Below the pieces are notes generated by a model. The model had not been told where the DNA came from. It was given only the letters and a program-made list of their open reading frames with translations, and searched no databases. From Eledone cirrhosa (Eukaryota), in assembly GCA_964016885.1 (NCBI GenBank), contig OZ024740.1:424390001-424454000 (forward strand): 64,000 nucleotides of DNA. The letters are read 5' to 3'. Shown piece by piece: positions 53,401 to 64,000 of the stretch; the stretch's first letter is position 1; each line of letters starts with the position of its first letter. The translations under genes were made by a program, and so were the position numbers.

Positions 53401-56400
53401 TGTCTTTGGTAAAACACCCTGTATTTCACATTGCTCCTTCTACCGTGAATGTCTTTGGTAAAACACCCTGTATTTCATATTGCTCCTTCTACCGTGTAAT
53501 GTCTTTGGTAAAACACCCTTTATTTTACATTGCTCCCTCTGCCGTGTAATGTCTTTGATAAAACACCCTGTATTTCATATTGCTCCTTCTACCGTGTAAT
53601 GTCTTTGTTAAAACACCCTGTATTTCATATTGCTCCCTCTGCCGTGTAATGTCTTTGGTAAAACACCCTGTATTTCATATTGCTCCTTCTACCGTGTAAT
53701 GTCTTTGCTAAAACAGCCTGTATTTCACATTGCTCCTTCTACCGTGTAATGTCTTTGGTAAAACACCCTGTATTTCACGTTGCTCCTTCTACCGTGTAAT
53801 GCCTTTGGTAAGACACCCTGTATTTCATATTGCTCCCTCTGACGTGTAATGTCTTTGGTAAAACACCCTTTATTTCACATTGCTCCCTCTGCCGTGTAAT
53901 GTCTTTGGTAAAACACACTGTATTTCACATTGCTCCCTCTACCGTGTAATGTCTTTGGAAAAACACCCTGTATTACATATTGCTCCTTCTACCGTGTAAT
54001 GTCTTAGGTAAAACACCCTGTATTTCATATTGCTCCTTCTACCGTGTAATGTCTTAGGTAAAACACCCTGTATTTCATATTGCTCCTTCTACCGTGTAAT
54101 GTCTTAGGTAAAACACCCTGTATTTCACATTGTTCCTTCTACCGTGTAATGTCTTTGGCAAAACATCCTGTATTTCACATTGCTCCTTCTACCGTGTAAT
54201 GTCTTTGGTAAAACACCCTGTATTTCATATTGCTCCTCCTACCGTGTAATGTCTTTGGTAAAACACCCTGTATTTCACATTGCTCCCTCTGCCGTGTAAT
54301 GTCTTTGGTAAAACACCCTGTATTTCACATTGCTCCCTCTGCCGTGTAATGTCTTTGATAAAACACCCTGTATTTCATATTGCTTCTTCTATCGTGTAAT
54401 GTCTTTGGTAAAACACCCTGTATTTCACATTGCTCCTTCTACCGTGTAATGTCTTTGGTAAAACACCCTGTATTTCATATTGCTCCCTCTGCCGTGATAT
54501 GTCTTTGGTAAAACACCCTGTATTTCACATTGCTACATCTGCCGTGTAATGTCTTTCGTAAAACACCCTGTATTTCATATTGCTCCTTCTAACGTGTAAT
54601 GTCTTTGGTAAAACACCCTGTATTTCACATTGCTCCTTCTACCGTGTAATATCTTTGGTAAAACACCCTGTATTTCACATTGCTCCTTCTACCGTGTAAT
54701 ATCTTTGGTAAAACACCCTGTATTTCATATTGCTCCTTCTACCGTGTAATGTCTTTGGTAAAGGACCCTGTATTTCATATTGCTCCTTCTACCGTGTAAT
54801 GTGTTTGGTAAAATACCCTGTATTTCACATTGCTCCTTCTACCGTGTAATGTCTTTGGTAAAACACCCTGTATTTCACATTGCTCCTTCTACCGTGTAAT
54901 GTCTTTGGCAAATGACCCTGTATTTCATATTGCTCCTTCTACCGTGTAATGTCTTTGGTAAAACACCCTGTGTTTCATATTGCTCCTTCTACCGTGTAAT
55001 GTCTTTGGTAAAACACACTGTATTTCACATTGCTCCTTCTACCGTGTAATGTCTTTGGTAAAACACCCTGTATTTCATATTGCTCCTTCTACCGTGTAAT
55101 GTCTTTGGTAAAACACCCTGTATTTCACATTGCTCCTTCTACCGTGTAATGTCTTTGGTAAAACACCCTGTATTTCACATTGCTCCTTCTACCGTCTAAT
55201 GTCTTTGGTAAAACACCCTGTATTTCACATTGCTCCTTCTACCGTGTAACGTCTTTGGTAAAACACCCTCTATTTCACATTGCTACATCTGCCGTGTAAT
55301 GTCTTTCGTAAAACACCCTGTATTTCATATTGCTCCTTCTAACGTGTAATGTCTTTGGTAAAACACCCTGTATTTCACATTGCTCCTTCTACCGTGTAAT
55401 ATCTTTGGTAAAACACCCTGTATTTCACATTGCTCCTTCTACCGTGTAATGTCTTTGGTAAAACACCCTGTATTTCATATTGCTCCTTCTACCGTGTAAT
55501 GTCTTTGGTAAAGGACCCTGTATTTCATATTGCTCCTTCTACCGTGTAATGTGTTTGGTAAAATACCCTGTATTTCACATTGCTCCTTCTACCGTGTAAT
55601 GTCTTTGGTAAAACACCCTGTATTTCACATTGCTCCTTCTACCGTGTAATGTCTTTGGAAAATGACCCTTATTTCACATTGCTCCTTCTACCGTGTAATG
55701 TCTTTGGCAAAACACCCTGTATTTCATATTGCTCCCTTTTGCCGTGTAATTTGTTGGTAAAACACCCTGTATTTCATATTGCTCCTTCTACCGTGAACGT
55801 CTTTGGTAAAACACCCTGTATTTCATATTGCTCCTTCTACCGTGTAATGTCTTTGGTAAAACACCCTGTATTTCACATTGCTCCCTCTGCCGTGTAATGT
55901 CTTTGATAAAACACCCTGTATTTCATATTGCTTCTTCTACCGTGTAATGTCTTTGGTAAAACACCCTGTATTTCATATTGCTCCCTCTGCCGTGTAATGT
56001 CTTTGGTAAAACACCCTGTATTTCATATTGCTCCCTCTGCCGTGTAATGTCTTTGGTAAAACACCCGGTATTTCATATTGCTCCTTCTACCGTGTAATGT
56101 CTTTGGTAAAACACCCTGTATTTCACATTGCTCGTTCTACCGTGTAATGTCTTTGGTAAAACACCCTGTGTTTCATATTGCTCCTTCTACCGTGTAATGT
56201 CTTTGGTAAAACACACTGTATTTCACATTGCTCCTTCTACCGTGTAATCTCTTTGGTAAAACACCCTGTATTTCATATTGCTCCTTCTACCGTGTAATGT
56301 CTTTGGTAAAACACCCTGTATTTCACATTGCTCCTTCTACCGTGTAATGTCTTTGGTAAAACACCCTGTATTTCACATTGCTCCTTCTACCGTCTAATGT

Positions 56401-59400
56401 CTTTGGTAAAACACCCTGTATTTCACATTGCTCCTTCTACCGTGTAACGTCTTTGGTAAAACACCCTCTATTTCACATTGCTACATCTGCCGTGTAATGT
56501 CTTTCGTAAAACACCCTGTATTTCATATTGCTCCTTCTAACGTGTAATGTCTTTGGTAAAACACCCTGTATTTCACATTGCTCCTTCTACCGTGTAATAT
56601 CTTTGGTAAAACACCCTGTATTTCACATTGCTCCTTCTACCGTGTAATGTCTTTGGTAAAACACCTTTATTTCATATTGCTTTTTCTACCGTGTAACGTC
56701 TTTGGTAAAGGACCCTGTATTTCACATTGCTCCTTCTACCGTGTAATATCTTTGGTAAAACACCCTGTATTTCACATTGCTCCTTCTACCGTGTAATGTC
56801 TTTGGTAAAACACCCTGTATTTCATATTGCTCCTTCTACCGTGTAATGTCTTTGGTAAAGGACCCTGTATTTCATATTGCTCCTTCTACCGTGTAATGTG
56901 TTTGGTAAAATACCCTGTATTTCACATTGCTCCTTCTACCGTGTAATGTCTTTGGTAAAACACCCTGTATTTCACATTGCTCCTTCTACCGTGTAATGTC
57001 TTTGGCAAATGACCCTGTATTTCACATTGCTCCTTCTACCGTGTAATGTCTTTGGCAAAACACCCTGTATTTCATATTGCTCCCTTTTGCCGTGTAATTT
57101 GTTGGTAAAACACCCTGTATTTCTTATTGCTCATTCTACCGTGAATGTCTTTGGTAAAACACCCTGTATTTCATATTGCTCCTTCTACCGTGTAACGTCT
57201 TTGGTAAAGCACCCTGTATTTCATATTGCTTCTTCTACCGTGTAATGTCTTTGGTAAAACACCCTGTATTTCATATTTCTCCCTCTACCGTGGAATGTCT
57301 TTGGTAAAACACCCGGTATTTCACATTGCTCCTTCTACCGTGTAATGTCTTTGGTAAAACACCCTGTATTTCATATTGCTCCTTCTACCGTGTAATGTCT
57401 TTGGTAAAACACCCTGTATTTCACATTGCTCCCTCTGCCGTGTAATGTATTTGGTAAAACACCCTGTATTTCATATTGCTCCTTCTACCGTGTAATGTCT
57501 TTGGTAAAACACCCTGTATTTCATATTGCTCCTTCTACCGTGTAATGTCTTTGGTAAAACACCCTGTATTTCAAATTGCTCCTTCTACCGTGTAATGTCT
57601 TTGGTAAAACACCCTGTATTTCACATTGGTCCTTCTACCGTGTAATGTCTTTGGTAAAACACCCTGTATTTCACATTGCTCCTTCTACCGTGTAATGTCT
57701 TTGCTAAAACATCCTGTATTTCACATTGCTCCTTCTACCGTGTAATGTCTTTGGTAAAACACCCTGTATTTCATATTGCTCCTTCTACCGTGTAATGTCT
57801 TTGGTAAAACACCCTGTATTTCACATTGCTCCTTCTACCGTCTAATGTCTTTGGTAAAACACCCTGTATTTCACATTGCTCCTTCTACCGTGAATGTCTT
57901 TGGTAAAACACCCTGTATTTCATATTGCTCCTTCTACCGTGTAATGTCTTTGGTAAAACACCCTTTATTTTACATTGCTCCCTCTGCCGTGTAATGTCTT
58001 TGCTAAAAAACCCTGTATTTCATATTGCTCCTTCTACCGTGTAATGACTTTGGTAAAACACCCTGTATTTCATATTGCTCCCTCTGCCGTGTAATGTCTT
58101 TGGTAAAACACCCTGTATTTCATATTGCTCCTTCTACCGTGTAATGTCTTTGCTAAAACAGCCTGTATTTCACATTGCTCCATCTACCGTGTAATGTCTT
58201 TGGTAAAACACCCTGTATTTCACGTTGCTCCTTCTACCGTGTAATGTCTTTGGTAAGACACCCTGTATTTCATATTGCTCCCTCTGACGTGTAATGTCTT
58301 TGGTAAAACACCCTTTATTTCACATTGCTCCCTCTGCCGTGTAATGTCTTTGGTAAAACACACTGTATTTCACATTGCTCCTTCTACCGTGTAATGTCTT
58401 TGGTAAAACACCCTGTATTTCATATTGCTCCTTCTACCGTGTAATGTCTTTGGTAAAACACCCTGTATTTCACATTGCTCCTTCTACCGTGTAATGTCTT
58501 TGGTAAAACACCCTGTATTTCACATTGCTCCTTCTACCGTCTAATGTCTTTGGTAAAACACCCTGTATTTCACATTGCTCCTTCTACCGTGTAACGTCTT
58601 TGGTAAAACACCCTCTATTTCACATTGCTACTTCTGCCGTATAATGTATTTCGTAAAACACCCTGTATTTCATATTGCTCCTTCTAACGTGTAATGTCTT
58701 TGGTAAAACACCCTGTATTTCACATTGCTCCTTCTACCGTGTAATATCTTTGGTAAAACACCCTGTATTTCACATTGCTCCTTCTACCGTGTAATGTCTT
58801 TGGTAAAACACCTTTATTTCATATTGCTTTTTCTATCGTGTAACGTCTTTGGTAAAGGACCCTGTATTTCACATTGCTCCTTCTACCGTGTAATATCTTT
58901 GGTAAAACACCCTGTATTTCACATTGCTCCTTCTACCGTGTAATGTCTTTGGTAAAACACCCTGTATTTCATATTGCTCCTTCTACCGTGTAATGTCTTT
59001 GGTAAAGGACCCTGTATTTCATATTGCTCCTTCTACCGTGTAATGTGTTTGGTAAAACACCCTGTATTTCACATTGCTCCTTCTACCGTGTAATGTCTTT
59101 GGTAAAACACCCTGTATTTCACATTGCTCCTTCTACCGTGTAATGTCTTTGGCAAATGACCCTGTATTTCACATTGCTCCTTCTACCGTGTAATGTCTTT
59201 GGCAAAACACCCTGTATTTCATATTGCTCCCTTTTGCCGTGTAATTTGTTGGTAAAACACCCTGTATTTCTTATTGCTCATTCTACCGTGAATGTCTTTG
59301 GTAAAACACCCTGTATTTCATATTGCTCCTTCTACCGTGTAACGTCTTTCGTAAAACACCCTGTATTTCATATTGCTCCCTCTGCCGTGTAATGTCTTTG

Positions 59401-62400
59401 GTAAAACACTCTGTATTTCACATTGTTCCTTCTACCGTGGAATGTCTTTGGTAAAACACCCGGTATTTCACATTGCTCCTTCTACCGTGTAATGTCTTTG
59501 GTAAAACACCCTGTATTTCATATTGCTCCTTCTACCGTGTAATGTCTTTGGTAAAACACCCTGTATTTCACATTGCTCCCTCTGCCGTGTAATGTATTTG
59601 GTAAAACACCCTGTATTTCATATTGCTCCTTCTACCGTGTAATGTCTTTGGTAAAACACCCTGTATTTCATATTGCTCCTTCTACCGTGTAATGTCTTTG
59701 GTAAAACACCCTGTATTTCAAATTGCTCCTTCTACCGTGTAATGTCTTTGGTAAAACTCCCTGTATTTCACATTGGTCCTTCTACCGTGTAATGTCTTTG
59801 GTAAAACACCCTGTATTTCACATTGCTCCTTCTACCGTGTAATGTCTTTGCTAAAACATCCTGTATTTCACATTGCTCCTTCTACCGTGTAATGTCTTTG
59901 GTAAAACACCCTGTATTTCATATTGCTCCTTATACCGTGTAATGTCTTTGGTAAAACACCCTGTATTTCACATTGCTCCTTCTACCGTCTAATGTCTTTG
60001 GTAAAACACCCTGTATTTCACATTGCTCCTTCTACCGTGAATGTCTTTGGTAAAACACCCTGTATTTCATATTGCTCCTTCTACCGTGTAATGTCTTTGG
60101 TAAAACACCCTTTATTTTACATTGCTCCCTCTGCCGTGTAATGTCTTTGATAAAACACCCTGTATTTCATATTGCTCCTTCTACCGTGTAATGTCTTTGT
60201 TAAAACACCCTGTATTTCATATTGCTCCCTCTGCCGTGTAATGTCTTTGGTAAAACACCCTGTATTTCATATTGCTCCTTCTACCGTGTAATGTCTTTGC
60301 TAAAACAGCCTGTATTTCACATTGCTCCTTCTACCGTGTAATGTCTTTGGTAAAACACCCTGTATTTCACGTTGCTCCTTCTACCGTGTAATGCCTTTGG
60401 TAAGACACCCTGTATTTCATATTGCTCCCTCTGACGTGTAATGTCTTTGGTAAAACACCCTTTATTTCACATTGCTCCCTCTGCCGTGTAATGTCTTTGG
60501 TAAAACACACTGTATTTCACATTGCTCCCTCTACCGTGTAATGTCTTTGGAAAAACACCCTGTATTACATATTGCTCCTTCTACCGTGTAATGTCTTAGG
60601 TAAAACACCCTGTATTTCATATTGCTCCTTCTACCGTGTAATGTCTTAGGTAAAACACCCTGTATTTCATATTGCTCCTTCTACCGTGTAATGTCTTAGG
60701 TAAAACACCCTGTATTTCACATTGTTCCTTCTACCGTGTAATGTCTTTGGCAAAACATCCTGTATTTCACATTGCTCCTTCTACCGTGTAATGTCTTTGG
60801 TAAAACACCCTGTATTTCATATTGCTCCTCCTACCGTGTAATGTCTTTGGTAAAACACCCTGTATTTCATATTGCTCCCTCTGCCGTGTAATGTCTTTGG
60901 TAAAACACCCTGTATTTCACATTGCTCCCTCTGCCGTGTAATGTCTTTGATAAAACACCCTGTATTTCATATTGCTTCTTCTATCGTGTAATGTCTTTGG
61001 TAAAACACCCTGTATTTCACATTGCTCCTTCTACCGTGTAATGTCTTTGGTAAAACACCCTGTATTTCATATTGCTCCCTCTGCCGTGATATGTCTTTGG
61101 TAAAACACCCTGTATTTCACATTGCTACATCTGCCGTGTAATGTCTTTCGTAAAACACCCTGTATTTCATATTGCTCCTTCTAACGTGTAATGTCTTTGG
61201 TAAAACACCCTGTATTTCACATTGCTCCTTCTACCGTGTAATATCTTTGGTAAAACACCCTGTATTTCACATTGCTCCTTCTACCGTGTAATATCTTTGG
61301 TAAAACACCCTGTATTTCATATTGCTCCTTCTACCGTGTAATGTCTTTGGTAAAGGACCCTGTATTTCATATTGCTCCTTCTACCGTGTAATGTGTTTGG
61401 TAAAATACCCTGTATTTCACATTGCTCCTTCTACCGTGTAATGTCTTTGGTAAAACACCCTGTATTTCACATTGCTCCTTCTACCGTGTAATGTCTTTGG
61501 CAAATGACCCTGTATTTCATATTGCTCCTTCTACCGTGTAATGTCTTTGGTAAAACACCCTGTGTTTCATATTGCTCCTTCTACCGTGTAATGTCTTTGG
61601 TAAAACACACTGTATTTCACATTGCTCCTTCTACCGTGTAATGTCTTTGGTAAAACACCCTGTATTTCATATTGCTCCTTCTACCGTGTAATGTCTTTGG
61701 TAAAACACCCTGTATTTCACATTGCTCCTTCTACCGTGTAATGTCTTTGGTAAAACACCCTGTATTTCACATTGCTCCTTCTACCGTCTAATGTCTTTGG
61801 TAAAACACCCTGTATTTCACATTGCTCCTTCTACCGTGTAACGTCTTTGGTAAAACACCCTCTATTTCACATTGCTACATCTGCCGTGTAATGTCTTTCG
61901 TAAAACACCCTGTATTTCATATTGCTCCTTCTAACGTGTAATGTCTTTGGTAAAACACCCTGTATTTCACATTGCTCCTTCTACCGTGTAATATCTTTGG
62001 TAAAACACCCTGTATTTCACATTGCTCCTTCTACCGTGTAATGTCTTTGGTAAAACACCCTGTATTTCATATTGCTCCTTCTACCGTGTAATGTCTTTGG
62101 TAAAGGACCCTGTATTTCATATTGCTCCTTCTACCGTGTAATGTGTTTGGTAAAATACCCTGTATTTCACATTGCTCCTTCTACCGTGTAATGTCTTTGG
62201 TAAAACACCCTGTATTTCACATTGCTCCTTCTACCGTGTAATGTCTTTGGAAAATGACCCTTATTTCACATTGCTCCTTCTACCGTGTAATGTCTTTGGC
62301 AAAACACCCTGTATTTCATATTGCTCCCTTTTGCCGTGTAATTTGTTGGTAAAACACCCTGTATTTCATATTGCTCCTTCTACCGTGAACGTCTTTGGTA

Positions 62401-64000
62401 AAACACCCTGTATTTCATATTGCTCCTTCTACCGTGTAATGTCTTTGGTAAAACACCCTGTATTTCACATTGCTCCCTCTGCCGTGTAATGTCTTTGATA
62501 AAACACCCTGTATTTCATATTGCTTCTTCTACCGTGTAATGTCTTTGGTAAAACACCCTGTATTTCATATTGCTCCCTCTGCCGTGTAATGTCTTTGGTA
62601 AAACACCCTGTATTTCATATTGCTCCCTCTGCCGTGTAATGTCTTTGGTAAAACACCCGGTATTTCATATTGCTCCTTCTACCGTGTAATGTCTTTGGTA
62701 AAACACCCTGTATTTCACATTGCTCGTTCTACCGTGTAATGTCTTTGGTAAAACACCCTGTGTTTCATATTGCTCCTTCTACCGTGTAATGCCTTTGGTA
62801 AAACACACTGTATTTCACATTGCTCCTTCTACCGTGTAATCTCTTTGGTAAAACACCCTGTATTTCATATTGCTCCTTCTACCGTGTAATGTCTTTGGTA
62901 AAACACCCTGTATTTCACATTGCTCCTTCTACCGTGTAATGTCTTTGGTAAAACACCCTGTATTTCACATTGCTCCTTCTACCGTCTAATGTCTTTGGTA
63001 AAACACCCTGTATTTCACATTGCTCCTTCTACCGTGTAACGTCTTTGGTAAAACACCCTCTATTTCACATTGCTACATCTGCCGTGTAATGTCTTTCGTA
63101 AAACACCCTGTATTTCATATTGCTCCTTCTAACGTGTAATGTCTTTGGTAAAACACCCTGTATTTCACATTGCTCCTTCTACCGTGTAATATCTTTGGTA
63201 AAACACCCTGTATTTCACATTGCTCCTTCTACCGTGTAATGTCTTTGGTAAAACACCTTTATTTCATATTGCTTTTTCTACCGTGTAACGTCTTTGGTAA
63301 AGGACCCTGTATTTCACATTGCTCCTTCTACCGTGTAATATCTTTGGTAAAACACCCTGTATTTCACATTGCTCCTTCTACCGTGTAATGTCTTTGGTAA
63401 AACACCCTGTATTTCATATTGCTCCTTCTACCGTGTAATGTCTTTGGTAAAGGACCCTGTATTTCATATTGCTCCTTCTACCGTGTAATGTGTTTGGTAA
63501 AATACCCTGTATTTCACATTGCTCCTTCTACCGTGTAATGTCTTTGGTAAAACACCCTGTATTTCACATTGCTCCTTCTACCGTGTAATGTCTTTGGCAA
63601 ATGACCCTGTATTTCACATTGCTCCTTCTACCGTGTAATGTCTTTGGCAAAACACCCTGTATTTCATATTGCTCCCTTTTGCCGTGTAATTTGTTGGTAA
63701 AACACCCTGTATTTCTTATTGCTCATTCTACCGTGAATGTCTTTGGTAAAACACCCTGTATTTCATATTGCTCCTTCTACCGTGTAACGTCTTTGGTAAA
63801 ACACCCTGTATTTCATATTGCTTCTTCTACCGTGTAATGTCTTTGGTAAAACACCCTGTATTTCATATTGCTCCCTCTGCCGTGTAATGTCTTTGGTAAA
63901 ACACCCGGTATTTCATATTGCTCCTTCTACCGTGGAATGTCTTTGGTAAAACACCCTGTATTTCACATTGCTCCTTCTACCGTGTAATGTCTTTGGTAAA
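29425..64000. repeat. 50-bp satellite DNA array, ~690 monomers, continuing past the window end
   Basis: Consensus TAATGTCTTTGGTAAAACACCCTGTATTTCA(C/T)ATTGCTCCTTCTACCGTG, head-to-tail in a single orientation with no insertions noticed. Confidence 0.99.

Noticed and set aside
29425-64000. CRISPR array or repeated 72-105 aa genes in the 50-bp array
   Set aside because: There are no unique spacers and no cas genes, and the context is eukaryotic. The ORFs start at TTG or variant codons and exist only where 1-bp indels shift frame past the monomer's TAA.

Overview
Repeat-dominated, AT-rich animal genomic DNA with no intact protein-coding gene. The SINE families and (TA)n density suggest an octopod cephalopod, which is an inference from memory rather than a search. 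Bases 1-29.3 kb are a patchwork of two tRNA-derived SINE families, decayed RTE-type LINE and Tc1/mariner fragments, a small TIR element, microsatellites and minisatellites (29, 69, 28 and 20 bp units). The same region holds many short (TA)n-anchored, often palindromic elements, several carrying minimal type I hammerhead ribozyme motifs as Penelope-like retroelement termini do. Three of those motifs share a U3:A8 core variant. From about 29.43 kb to the window end is a ~690-copy 50-bp satellite with nested higher-order repeats up to 6592 bp. It starts directly inside a SINE and its monomer matches the SINE body, so the SINE-to-satellite junction is preserved. All alignments and folds were done by eye and boundaries are approximate.
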